A DNA stretch of 64,000 bases from Corallochytrium limacisporum Hawaii (Eukaryota > Protista > Pluriformea), in contig PDIP01000021.1 in assembly GCA_002811645.1 (NCBI GenBank), forward strand, positions 232,040 to 296,039. The letters are read 5' to 3'. Shown here piece by piece: positions 33,359-43,913 of this stretch. The notes beneath the pieces were generated by a model. The model was not told where the DNA came from. It was given only the letters and a program-made list of their open reading frames with translations, and did no database searches. Position 1 is the first letter of the stretch, and the number at the start of each line of letters is the position of its first letter. Position numbers and translations under genes: made by a program.

Positions 33359-34159
33359 ATGGAAAACAGCGGCGTTCCGGAAGTGCCTACCTTGGTGCCG
33401 GACGGCACAGTAGTGATCCCTGGCGATGAAGTATTGCGATTGGATAGTGTCTCAGTACCCATGAAACTCACAACTGGACCTGGACTGTTCCAGGAAGGTA
33501 ACTCTATCCTTGCCAGTAAAGCAGGTGTCCTCCACCACAGCCAACCAAGGTGGAGTGGGGCAGAAACCGAGCAGATTACGCTCCGCATGTGGGTCAACAA
33601 TACACAGAGAAGGTACATGCCAGCTGAGGGTGAAGCAGTGATTGGCATCGTGACGGGGCGCAGAGGAGAGGATTGGGTTCTGGATATCAATAGTTCCCAG
33701 TCGGCTCTACTGGATCAGTTAGCTTTTCAAGGAGCAACAAAACGCAACAAACCGCAGTTGAAGAATGGTGACCTGATATTCTGCAGATTAGTGAACTGCC
33801 CAAAAGACATTCCTCCAGAGGTTTCCTGCCTGGGACCGAAAGGTAAAAGCCAAGGCTATGGTGTGCTAAACGGTGGCACATTAGCTCGCTTAAGTATTGG
33901 GCACTGTCGACGCCTGCTTGTTCAGAACAGTGATGCAGCGCATGTACTGCAGGCCCTCGGACAAAAAGTTGCCTTTGAAACTGCAATTGGTCGCAACGGC
34001 CGAGTGTGGATCAGTGGTGAGTCTGCACCGGCAACCATTGCCGTGGTCAACAGTATCAAGGTAAGCGAGTATCTGAACAAGAAACAGTCCGAGCTGCTCG
34101 TACAAGAAGTTCTGGACTCCATAACAAAGGTCATCGCTCAGCCAAACGTATCCGCATAG
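33359..34159 (+). CDS. EXOSC3: Exosome complex component Rrp40
   Basis: VVIPGD, GPGL, RRYMPAEGEAVIGIV, LAFQGATKRNKP, FETAIGRNGRVWI. Start placed at 33359; the upstream ATG at 33254 lies in a probable UTR intron. Confidence 0.93.
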   Translation: MENSGVPEVPTLVPDGTVVIPGDEVLRLDSVSVPMKLTTGPGLFQEGNSILASKAGVLHHSQPRWSGAETEQITLRMWVNNTQRRYMPAEGEAVIGIVTGRRGEDWVLDINSSQSALLDQLAFQGATKRNKPQLKNGDLIFCRLVNCPKDIPPEVSCLGPKGKSQGYGVLNGGTLARLSIGHCRRLLVQNSDAAHVLQALGQKVAFETAIGRNGRVWISGESAPATIAVVNSIKVSEYLNKKQSELLVQEVLDSITKVIAQPNVSA

Positions 34160-34257
34160 ATAGAAATTAATCCATAAAGAATCCATGACAGTAAAGAATA
34201 TTAAAACACAACCGCCTTGCACCAAACTGTTATATGAAATTCTTTAAGATGGTTGAC

Positions 34258-35184
34258 TTACAGTTTTCGCTGAGCGACCATGGCATAGTTTATGCTGTCG
34301 TCTTCGTTGGTGTACCAGGCAGATGAGAGCAAATTGTAGTGCAAGCCTGTCAGTTCCACGACTTCAAATTCGGAAGAACCAGCGACGTCAGTGGCCGCAC
34401 CTTCGATCCATGACGCGAGCTCCTGGGGCGTCACGTACTTTGCGAACGTGTGCGTGCCTTTTGGGACCCAGCCCAAGAGGTTCTCCGCGGCAAAAATCGT
34501 GAACACATACGCTTTCGGAGTGCGATTAATCGTTGTAAAGAAGAGCAAGCCACCAGGCTTTACAAGTTTGCCACAGGCCTTAACAAAGTCCTCGGGGCCT
34601 TCCACATGCTCAATAATCTCTGATGCAACTACAATGTCGTACTGCTTCGCATGGGTATCTCCATGCTCCTCTACCGTCGTGTAGTGGTAGTTTACACGAT
34701 TCTCAACATCTTTCTGCGTCTTTAAATGCTCCGTGGCGGCCTTAAGTGCGCCCGGTGACATATCAATACCGTCCACATGGGCACCTATCCGTGCCACACT
34801 TTCCGCCAGCAAACCCCCTCCACATCCCACATCGGCAATTCGAAGTCCGGCAAGGGGCTTCGTCAACTCCAGATCACAGTCAAAATACTTCCCTCCAGCT
34901 TCTCGCAGAATATCAGTGCGCAAGTACGCCAATTGCCGAAGTATGGCAAAGCCGCCCTCCTCCTCCCACCAGTCCCCTTGGACCTGTTCGAAACGTTCGA
35001 TCTCATCAGCCGCAACACTTCTTCCATTTGTACTGGGAGAACCCGCAGATCCTGTCAAACCCCTCTTACAAACCTGGAAACTAGTCGGAACCGCCACAGA
35101 TCCTGTTGGTAATGTTTGCCACGACGAACACCGCAGTGCCGGCAGCATACCAGTCAAGGTTGACAGTCGGCGAACCAATGACAT
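34258..35184 (-). CDS. COQ3: Ubiquinone biosynthesis O-methyltransferase, mitochondrial
   Basis: Presequence MSLVRRLSTL...; DEIERF...WW, DVGCGGGLLAE, SEIIEHV, TTINRT, PKGTH, INY. Start at 35184. Confidence 0.94.
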   Translation of the reverse strand: MSLVRRLSTLTGMLPALRCSSWQTLPTGSVAVPTSFQVCKRGLTGSAGSPSTNGRSVAADEIERFEQVQGDWWEEEGGFAILRQLAYLRTDILREAGGKYFDCDLELTKPLAGLRIADVGCGGGLLAESVARIGAHVDGIDMSPGALKAATEHLKTQKDVENRVNYHYTTVEEHGDTHAKQYDIVVASEIIEHVEGPEDFVKACGKLVKPGGLLFFTTINRTPKAYVFTIFAAENLLGWVPKGTHTFAKYVTPQELASWIEGAATDVAGSSEFEVVELTGLHYNLLSSAWYTNEDDSINYAMVAQRKL

Positions 35185-35619
35185 GCTGTCAATGTACCAA
35201 ACTTCCACTGATGCGATCCATCTCCATAATGTCTGCTGGAACTGCCCACTGATCGCCTCAGCTCTATTCCCGGGTTGTAACTTATACCAGGGGGACTGGC
35301 AAACAGCTTTCTGAACTTTCACGCCGGTTACACCGGAGGAATTGAGTGCCGTGACGTGTTTCGGAGCCTCACCGTCCAGTGCTCTCTGCGCCCCCCCCCC
35401 CCCCCCCAATTGCCGAGAACCGTCAGTCACTGGGTTGGCCGAATAATGATTAGCTAAAGAAATATCAATATACATCAAATATATTCTGTGGACGGTGACG
35501 GTGGCATAGATTATATCTAGAATGTAATATGTGTATTCTTATGCCTATGTTTACGATGATAGATAGAATGAGTTTTCTGATAAAATGTTTTTGAATATTA
35601 TTTGACCAGGTTTAGACCT

Positions 35620-38600
35620 CTAAGAGTAGAAGGTCAAGACGCTCTCTTGATTGCCGCGCAGGAGCAAAGTTGGAGGCAGATTACGGGTCATGTGATCCAG
35701 GACGTTGAGGTAGACGAATGAGTCTTGATTGGTCCGCAAAGGTAGTGGCAGGGTGGCAATGACCAGGGTGGCCTGGTCAGAGGTCTGTTCCATCACTTCT
35801 GCAAGTCGGACGTACTTCATCATACGGTCGCTAATCTTTGTTGACAGATCCTCCGTACCGAGGCGCTTCTTGAAGTCAGCCATGCGCTTCTTGGACGGCT
35901 TTCGGCTCACACTGTCGACCACCACCGGTTCGGCATCAATGCGGAACTTCTTCAGCAAGCGGCTGATCCGCACCTTCTCAGAGCTCATTTGCTTGGGGTT
36001 ACCTGGTACAAAGACGCGTAGGTTGCACTTCTTCCACTGCTTGTGCTGGGACAGCAAGTAAGGCAAGAGGAGAGTGAGACCGCCGTCATCTGCAATCCAC
36101 CAAATGTCAATATTACCAGTCATTGGCGAGCCAAAGAAGGGCAAACTCCACTGTTTCTCCACCACTGGGCAGCGCATCACAGCCACATTGTAATCGAGGT
36201 CGAAGGCATCGTTAATGATACCTACATACTCGTCTAGTTCGCCACGCTCGGCATTTTCCCAGTCTCGAAGGTAGCCCAACACCATAAGATTGGCTCTAAG
36301 TTTGCCCAGCCCGTTCAGCTGTAGCAATGAACGAGCACCTGCCCGCAGAGTGGGAGCCGCCACAGTCTCATCAAAGGCCTTGAGTTGCAGAAGTGTATCC
36401 TGGTTCAGACCGCGCTTGAAGCTCTTGACGTGAGTCAGGTCCGTGGTGCCGACCAAGACGTTACCAAAGATAACGCTACCAAGACCATTGTTCACCTGAC
36501 AAATAAAACGTGCCATGTCCTGACGCCTCTGATAGTCTCCCATGAGAACCAAAAAGTTTGGACGGAAAGTCTTGATATGCGACTGTTGCTTCTCGAGACG
36601 ATGCATCGCACGCAAGGCATTGGAATATGCCATCGCCTGACCAGCCGATCCCCAGTTGACGTCCGGCTTACGGAAGTCAATGTAACGATGGATTGCAACC
36701 ACGAGGACAAAGGTAACCAGGGCCAAGTACCAGTTGATCAAGAACATGATAGCCAGACAAAGCAAGGCACCCAAAAGGCTCACCCATGGGTTATAGTATT
36801 TGAACGAAGGACGGAAACCGGGGGCGTTGCTAAGACTGGCGACAAAGCAGGAGTAGTTGATCAAAGCATATGACATCAGGAAGAAATTGCTCAAGATGGG
36901 GGCGATGGAGTTCAGTGATCCGATCAAGGTAAAGCCGACGCCGATACAGAACACGAGAATGTATCCTCGGATGGGATCACCACGTTCGTTCTGCTTGGCA
37001 AATCCATCAAAGATCTTGGGGAACAGCTTGTCTTTACATACCGCCGCGAAGATGCGCGGAGCTCCAACAAAGGCACCAATGGCAGATGAAAGCGTTGCCG
37101 CAAAAATTCCAGCCAGAACCAGCGGGGCCCATGCACTGACAATCTGCATGGATGTGAAATCATAGTTGAGACCGAGTGTAGTGCTCTCCACCAAATTTCC
37201 ATTGCCATCGTCAACCATAACGACACGTAGATAACAAGTGACCATGATCACACCAAGAATGATGTACACGACTGTGGTGATCAGAATACCTAATAAGGTT
37301 CCCTTCGGAATCGCAGTAGAGGGATTCTTGAGATCCCCACTGAGATTCGCACCGGCCAGGACACCCGTTGCGGCCGGGAAGAAGATCGCAAAGATCGAGA
37401 AGAAGTCTTCCCCCTCAGTAAAGCCGGGAGTCAGTTGATCACTTGCCACCGTGGAGTCGTAACCGACAAATCCCTTATCTTCCTCTGACTGGCTTTTTGG
37501 TCCAATGAATGAGCCAATGATAATGCTAATCATTGCCGCAAACATCAAGAAAAGCAATGCCAGTTGCGTTCGCGTGACGATGCCCATACCGCAGAAGGCA
37601 ATAAAGACCACCACACAACAAAGACCAAGACCAATGACACGGATCTCGTTCAGTTCGTTATCAAGAAAGTCAGGAATAATGTCAAGGAGAGCTTCTGCAA
37701 ATGCAACCACATAGAGGGACATTGCCACAGCAGTCGCGAAAGAGTACAGGATGCCAATCGCGCCACCAAACTCTGGACCAATGGAGCGACTGATCATGAA
37801 ATAAGCACCACCACCCTTCACTTGACCGTTGGTGCATATGGCGCTCATGCTGAGTGTCGTAATGACGGTGACGATGGCACACAGTAGCATAATGACAGTA
37901 CCCACAATCAAACCAGCTTGGCCATACACAAAGCCCAGGCGCAGGAACAACATAGCACCCCAAATATTCAGAAGGCAGCGTACCAGGACACCCTGAACCC
38001 AACCAAACTTAATTTGCTTGGACGCAGGGGTTGCGGCTGCAGCTGCCGCCGCTTCCTCCTCGTCTAGTTTTTCACCCTTGGGCTCTCCATCTACCTCTTC
38101 ATTCTCGCCAACGTATGGAAGCTCAAAAAAGTTGGGTGTCGACGACACATCAAAACGCTTGGTCCCCTGACCATTGCTCTTGTTGACCAACTTAGTTGGA
38201 TCCTCCTTGTCGTCAAACTGCTCACGCAGTTCTTGGAGAGTAGGACGATTTTTTGCCTTACCGTTAAGCTCAGTGGTAGAATCCCTGTTGCGATAAAACA
38301 CAGTCGCTGGAACTGGATCTGCACTATCATAATGCATGTAGGTCCCCGCATTCCCAGAATTGAAAAATGACAATTGAGTCGCATTGTTGAAAGTTGTGTT
38401 CCCATTCAAAGTATCGTACCCTCCTTCAAAATTACTGTCACTCCGCTGGTGTCCCCCTGGTGTGAAATGGACAACTGTATGCCGCCCATCCTGGACTTCT
38501 TCTTCGGTTTCCTCGGTACCGTTGGTAGAGGAATCAACTACAATTGGAGAAGAGCAGTCAGAAGCCTGCTGAGACTCACTCTCGACAATTGGAGACGTTA

Positions 38601-38622
38601 CAGTGAACTTGGGGTTTGGCAT
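35620..38622 (-). CDS. Cation-chloride cotransporter, NKCC/NCC-type (SLC12A1-3-like)
   Basis: 1000 aa; KFGWVQGVLVRCLLNIWGAMLFLR, GGGAYFMISRSIGPEFGG, FFPAATG, PGFRPSFKYY, IDIWWIADDGGLTLL and terminal RGNQESVLTFYS. Confidence 0.95.
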   Translation of the reverse strand: MPNPKFTVTSPIVESESQQASDCSSPIVVDSSTNGTEETEEEVQDGRHTVVHFTPGGHQRSDSNFEGGYDTLNGNTTFNNATQLSFFNSGNAGTYMHYDSADPVPATVFYRNRDSTTELNGKAKNRPTLQELREQFDDKEDPTKLVNKSNGQGTKRFDVSSTPNFFELPYVGENEEVDGEPKGEKLDEEEAAAAAAATPASKQIKFGWVQGVLVRCLLNIWGAMLFLRLGFVYGQAGLIVGTVIMLLCAIVTVITTLSMSAICTNGQVKGGGAYFMISRSIGPEFGGAIGILYSFATAVAMSLYVVAFAEALLDIIPDFLDNELNEIRVIGLGLCCVVVFIAFCGMGIVTRTQLALLFLMFAAMISIIIGSFIGPKSQSEEDKGFVGYDSTVASDQLTPGFTEGEDFFSIFAIFFPAATGVLAGANLSGDLKNPSTAIPKGTLLGILITTVVYIILGVIMVTCYLRVVMVDDGNGNLVESTTLGLNYDFTSMQIVSAWAPLVLAGIFAATLSSAIGAFVGAPRIFAAVCKDKLFPKIFDGFAKQNERGDPIRGYILVFCIGVGFTLIGSLNSIAPILSNFFLMSYALINYSCFVASLSNAPGFRPSFKYYNPWVSLLGALLCLAIMFLINWYLALVTFVLVVAIHRYIDFRKPDVNWGSAGQAMAYSNALRAMHRLEKQQSHIKTFRPNFLVLMGDYQRRQDMARFICQVNNGLGSVIFGNVLVGTTDLTHVKSFKRGLNQDTLLQLKAFDETVAAPTLRAGARSLLQLNGLGKLRANLMVLGYLRDWENAERGELDEYVGIINDAFDLDYNVAVMRCPVVEKQWSLPFFGSPMTGNIDIWWIADDGGLTLLLPYLLSQHKQWKKCNLRVFVPGNPKQMSSEKVRISRLLKKFRIDAEPVVVDSVSRKPSKKRMADFKKRLGTEDLSTKISDRMMKYVRLAEVMEQTSDQATLVIATLPLPLRTNQDSFVYLNVLDHMTRNLPPTLLLRGNQESVLTFYS

Positions 38623-39167
38623 TTTGATATCAATGGGTTAAGCATCCACAGAGCTCCAACAGTCCAACCTACCAAGAGTCGTCTCGGAATGCTTAGAATA
38701 ATGTGGTGGATGATCTAAATTCGCCCGCTCGTCATTCTTGGTCTCAGTGAAATTATGATATAACTATTCAGAAGTTCCACCGGCGCACACGTACTGTACA
38801 CGCGAAGATTCCTCTGAAGAAAATAAATATCGATTGCATAAATTGTTAAATTAGAGTATGCTTCAAAAACCTTGGTGTTTTAGAAATGCATGTGGGAAAG
38901 ACATCGCACACCGGAGCGTCCGGCGTCCAGACGGGACATTGGCGCAAATACACTGCAACCGAGAAAAACGTCAATGAGACTGTCCTTTTCGCCTCCCCAA
39001 CCAACTCTTGATACACCGTACTGTCTCGATGGCTGAGTTAGAAACTCCAGAAGGGAAAACCCCCCCTCCCCGCAATCTGCCGTTACCTATGCGAACTAAA
39101 CGACGGTGATATTGGCAGTTCAACCCGCCTTCTGCACGCTCAGCGTTCCCCGGGGCCCTCCTCCCCC

Positions 39168-39372
39168 NNNNNNNNNNNNNNNNNNNNNNNNNNNNNNNNN
39201 NNNNNNNNNNNNNNNNNNNNNNNNNNNNNNNNNNNNNNNNNNNNNNNNNNNNNNNNNNNNNNNNNNNNNNNNNNNNNNNNNNNNNNNNNNNNNNNNNNNN
39301 NNNNNNNNNNNNNNNNNNNNNNNNNNNNNNNNNNNNNNNNNNNNNNNNNNNNNNNNNNNNNNNNNNNNNNNN
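39168..39372. other. Assembly gap (205 N) flanked by C-runs
   Basis: Run of n characters. Confidence 0.99.
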
Positions 39373-41666
39373 CCCCCCTCGGCCTCACTCTTCGTCTCCC
39401 CCCACCCCTTCCCCGGGGCCTCCAACTATTTTTTTGGTTCCCCACTACTGTTCCTTGGAGAAGTTTGGGGACGACGATGCGACGACTCCAAAAGTACCGG
39501 TCCGTACGGTTGAGTGTTCCTTGCAGATAATGAGGAGAGAGTGGCTCTTCAACGGGTCCACGTAGCCTCCAACACCACGTTCACGCACTCTCCTTCTCCT
39601 CTGGGTACCCTACGATGAACGGGCTGATGATTCTTCTTTGATTGCACGCGAGATGGTAGCACTACCATACCTCACGGCAAGGTGTTTTCGCTGAGATGTC
39701 GTTAACATGTCATCGCAATGAAACGTACAGGGTACAGCTCTGGCGATTGGTCGCTCCCCTTTTCCAGGATCTTCCACTTGTGGATATTCCAAGCCTCCTC
39801 TATCATCAAGGTGTGGTCGGGCGTCGGCCGGAATCAATAGTGAATATATGTCTACTAAGAGTGGGTTCTGTCAAAGCTCTTACATATCTATCTCGAGAGC
39901 ACTCTTGAGCTGTGACCCTGTCCGGGAGCCGGAAAAAAGAAAGGACAGTTCGGAGTCAAACCGACAGAAGGGCCCACATTCCCAAAATCGGCAGCAGTGC
40001 CCTGCACGTAGGCCTGGTCAAAGACCCGGGGCGCGAGCGAGCTGGGAGCTGGAAGCGGATAGACGATTCGAACCCGAAAGGGGAAAAAAAAGGAAGGAGC
40101 GGGGGACAGAGAGATAGACACACACACACACAGAGATTGAGTTTTCGCAAGCGGGAGCGCAGACAGAAGGAATGTTAATGCTTAGAGCCGTTTCATTTTT
40201 CAATCAAAATAGATGAGTCTACTGGGTTGCAGGTAGGTGGGGGCGGTCGTTGCACCTCAGACATATATCAGCTGTGCTGTGGCACTGCGATCACTCTGAG
40301 GGAGGGAAGTCTCTGCATTGCCCTATGTCTTCGGTACTGCAGCACACGTCTCCTGTCTCCCGGACTCGATGCTGCTGTGGTCCAGGAACCATTTGAGTGC
40401 ACTCGCACCGCCAGGCAACGCGGGTGATGGGGTCCATACCACTTTAATAGTGACTGTACCGTATTGTAATGTAGGAATGGTTAAAGATCTCGCCTCGTGG
40501 GGTTGGAGTTTTTTGCAAATCGCTGGCTTCCAGGAGCCACGGCCTGCCGGGAAGGACTAATTGATCCAGGGAAGTATCAGTACTGAATGTTACCCACTAT
40601 TTCCCTGAAGTCGTACCCAAAGAAAACAATATCTCATTGATTTGTTGAGAGTGGCGCAGGTGCTCTGCCGAGGTAACCGCAGTAGGAGTACAAGACGAAA
40701 AAAATCCAATGAAATAGGTAGTGAAAGTCAGAATTTAGGGAGAACCAGAAAAGTCTGCCGCATTGAGCGCTTCGTGCAAGTTCTTTAACGACAGACTGCG
40801 CCCGCGCGTGACCGGGTGTCGTTGGAGGGTGGTCGCGGGGAGATCTTCAGCCTTCGAAGATTTATGAACAACTTGACACAAAATGCTCCATACTGCTAAT
40901 TCAAATTCACCGAGTTCGATTTCAGCGTTTCGTCGGCTCGTCGTGTTCCTTGGACTTTGTGCAACACTTTCTATGTTTAGCTTCATTTCGTTCTTTAGGT
41001 GACGTTGGGGCCATATAAATTGGTACTGAAATAGCACACCGTCGAGGGAGCCGGGAGCAATGCCACTGATCTGCAGGGTGGGTTGCGTCACCAGAGCCAC
41101 TTGGTGGTCCGGAAACGGGTTCCAATTTACTCAAGCCCGGGGGTGGGGGGGGGGGGAATATGGGATTCCATATTGTCCCATGGGTCTTTGTGATTGCAGT
41201 CTGTTGTACCTTATGAATATATGTAATACTACGGATTGAATCTGACCTTAGATTTTATTTCTTTTGTAGGACATGAGTTTATATATAGTATAAATGCGAA
41301 TCAAAATAAATCGATTTCAGAGTGAAGAACCCGCGTTTTGGGTAGGGTGGTCCCCTCAGAAGTGTGGTCCATATTGAGTCTCATGGGATGGCCCGAGAAG
41401 TCAGTGGGTGGGTGGGTTTACCGAGCTACGAGTACGCAAGAAGGAAACGGAAAACATTGAACGGTACTGTTCTTGGCCATTCGAGAACAATGCTTCGCTG
41501 AGCTGTGATTCAATAGATTAAGCTACAGAAAGAATTCAGGATCTATACGCTCTGTAGGCCAGAGAAGGTAGTTTGATAGACATGTGAGGTTCTGCCTGGA
41601 GGCTCTGAGATAGGAGGAGCCTTAGGTCCAACAACATAGTGTTGTAGCATCCTTAAACAAGCAATC

Positions 41667-42947
41667 ATGGATCAAAATGGAGGACCAGGTGGGTCGGCCA
41701 GCAAGCCACCTAAAGCAGACAAGGAGCGTGTTCCCGGACAGGAACCCCAGGAGGGAGAGGTTGTTGTGGCAGCGGACGAAGTGGCTGAGATGATAGAAGT
41801 TGGCGAAGAGGACGTTCAGGGCCATATGGACGAAGAGGAGGACGGACCCAATTTTGAAGACGAAGACAGTGGGGATGAGGAAGACGAGGAGAAGACCCGG
41901 CGCCAAGATCAGGCCTCTGGTTTCTACCAACACACAGGAGCAGTGTATTCAGTGTCGTTCAGTCACGACAACAGTATGGCCATCACCGGTGGTGGTGATG
42001 ACCGTGCGTGTGTGTGGCGTGTCGCCGATGGGCAGCTCATTTGGGAGTCTGAGGGACACAAGGACTCCGTGGTCGCCGCTTCCTTTAGCAATGATGACAT
42101 GTACGTCGCCAGTGCAAGCATGGACGGAGATGTCGCAGTATGGAAGCGAAATGATGACGGCGCCGGTAAACCCTACGCTCCCCTCGTTCGCTTGGAGGCT
42201 GGCAGTGACATTGAATGGATGCAGTGGCATCCTAAAGGACCCGTTCTGCTGGCTGGTTGCGCTGACGGATCGGCTTGGATGTGGAGCATCCCTAGTGGCA
42301 ACGTGGCCAATGTATTTGCAGGCGCACAGGCGGAACGTTCCACGGACGGCGGGTTCAGCTGGGACGGTAAGGGTCTGGCCACCACGAGCGAGGACGGAAC
42401 CCTGGTCATCTGGGATCCCCGTAGTGCACAGCCCTTGCAGCGTGTCACTGGTGAGGACACTCGGTTCCACACTGAAGCATTAACTTGTATGGCGTGGAGC
42501 ATGGACAACACTCTCATCGTTAGTGGATCGACTGACCGCAGCGTTGTTGTCACAACAGTCCAGTCTGGCAAGATCGCTCACAAATTTGATGAGGGTCACA
42601 CCGATGTAGTGAACACTGTTGGATTCAGTGCAAAGCAGCACGCTCTCGTCGCTTCCGGAGGTATGGATGGTCATGTGTGCATTTGGGATCTTACACACAG
42701 TCGCCTGCGTCGCATCTTGGATCACCCTAAGGGAGTGATTCGTCTTCTTTGGCATCCCACTGAACCGCTGTTGTACACGGCCTGTATTGATCGTCGCATT
42801 CGGGTCTACGACGCCCGGACGGGAGATCTGAAGCGAACGTTTGAGGGACATCAAGCACGCCCCCTGGATATGCGGATCAGCAACGACGGTAGCCTCATCG
42901 GCAGCTCTGGCGATGACATGGCCGCCCTTGTGTTCTCACTGCAATAG
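41667..42947 (+). CDS. AAMP: AAMP/Sqt1 WD40 chaperone of ribosomal protein uL16
   Basis: Acidic N-terminus, TGGGDDRACVW, GHKDSV...FS, IEWMQWHPKGPVLLAGCADGSAWMW, DARTG. Confidence 0.9.
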   Translation: MDQNGGPGGSASKPPKADKERVPGQEPQEGEVVVAADEVAEMIEVGEEDVQGHMDEEEDGPNFEDEDSGDEEDEEKTRRQDQASGFYQHTGAVYSVSFSHDNSMAITGGGDDRACVWRVADGQLIWESEGHKDSVVAASFSNDDMYVASASMDGDVAVWKRNDDGAGKPYAPLVRLEAGSDIEWMQWHPKGPVLLAGCADGSAWMWSIPSGNVANVFAGAQAERSTDGGFSWDGKGLATTSEDGTLVIWDPRSAQPLQRVTGEDTRFHTEALTCMAWSMDNTLIVSGSTDRSVVVTTVQSGKIAHKFDEGHTDVVNTVGFSAKQHALVASGGMDGHVCIWDLTHSRLRRILDHPKGVIRLLWHPTEPLLYTACIDRRIRVYDARTGDLKRTFEGHQARPLDMRISNDGSLIGSSGDDMAALVFSLQ

Positions 42948-42993
42948 ATCGTTACAGCCAAGGCTTCTTTAAAGAATATAATTCTTGTATTTT

Positions 42994-43884
42994 CTACATC
43001 CTAAGCGATGCGACAGTGTCCATGACATAAGTCGGGACCAGATTCCCAGCGGCCTGCTCCAACTGTTGCTGTTGAGTTACACCACTGCGAACACAAATCG
43101 TAGTCATGCCTGTGTTGTTGCCAAAAGCGATATCTGTGTCCAATCGGTCACCGATCATTACACATGTCTCCGGTCGAACGTGGTATTTATCCAAGATGCA
43201 GTCCATCATAGGCTTATTCGGTTTACCCAACACAGTTGGTTCCCGTTGGGATGCAAACTTCACAGCCTCCAGCCAGGTTCCAGAGCCTGGGAGCACTAAT
43301 CCGTCGTGACCGGGAAAGGTACGATCAGCATTCGTGGCCAGGAAGACTGAGTCTGGCTGATCCAAATACAGCTTCGCCTTGGCAAGTTTGGTATAATTAA
43401 ACTTGTCATCAAAGCCCTGCAAAACCCCTCCGATCTCGGGATCCGGTCTCCAGCCCTGGTGCATTGTGTCAGGTTTGAAAATCTCCAAGTCTTCGTGGGG
43501 ATCAGTGTGTTTGACGTTCAGTTCGTCCAGCTCCTCAATCAATCCAGCGCTGCCCAGAAGATAGATTTTCTTTTTGAATTTAATCGTCTCAGCAAGATAG
43601 TATGCTGCTGCATAGGCTGATCCAAAAATCTGTTCCTTATCAACATCACCATAGCCAAGTTTTGAGAACTTGTTTACGTACGTATTCCGCGACTTGCTAC
43701 TATTGTTCGTAACAAAGACAGTCCTCTTCCCTGCCCCGTGTAGTCTGCGGATCACATCAGGTACGCCTTCAATTGCGTGGTCTCCGAGCCAGGTAACACC
43801 GTCACAGTCGAAGATAAAGGTGTCCTTCTCCCGCCACAGCTCTTCAACTGTCGCCGGCGCCAGCTCCTGCCATCCGTGCGTCAT
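42994..43884 (-). CDS. PGP: HAD-IIA phosphatase, phosphoglycolate phosphatase/Pho13-like
   Basis: FIFDCDGVTW, FVTNNSSKSR, ATNAD, PGSG, GKP, MIGDRLDTDI; first ATG at 43884. Confidence 0.9.
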   Translation of the reverse strand: MTHGWQELAPATVEELWREKDTFIFDCDGVTWLGDHAIEGVPDVIRRLHGAGKRTVFVTNNSSKSRNTYVNKFSKLGYGDVDKEQIFGSAYAAAYYLAETIKFKKKIYLLGSAGLIEELDELNVKHTDPHEDLEIFKPDTMHQGWRPDPEIGGVLQGFDDKFNYTKLAKAKLYLDQPDSVFLATNADRTFPGHDGLVLPGSGTWLEAVKFASQREPTVLGKPNKPMMDCILDKYHVRPETCVMIGDRLDTDIAFGNNTGMTTICVRSGVTQQQQLEQAAGNLVPTYVMDTVASLRM

Positions 43885-43885
43885 T

Positions 43886-43913
43886 CTAAATGTTTCGAAC
43901 GTTGCAAGCTCAC
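43886..43913 (-). other. Candidate 28-nt 5'-UTR intron of PGP
   Basis: Minus strand G|GTGAGCTTGCAACGTTCGAAACATTTAG|A-ATG. Confidence 0.45.

Noticed and set aside
35185-35478. N-terminal extensions in the ORF track for COQ3 (also EXOSC3, PGP, SDR, SETD8, DUF3605 and bHLH-PAS)
   Set aside because: Non-conserved, mostly non-ATG starts running through promoter or leader-intron sequence; downstream ATGs give the expected N-termini.
40064-40076. Pol III B-box-like GGTTCGAATC on the minus strand (possible tRNA)
   Set aside because: Flanks do not form a T-stem; no A-box or cloverleaf.
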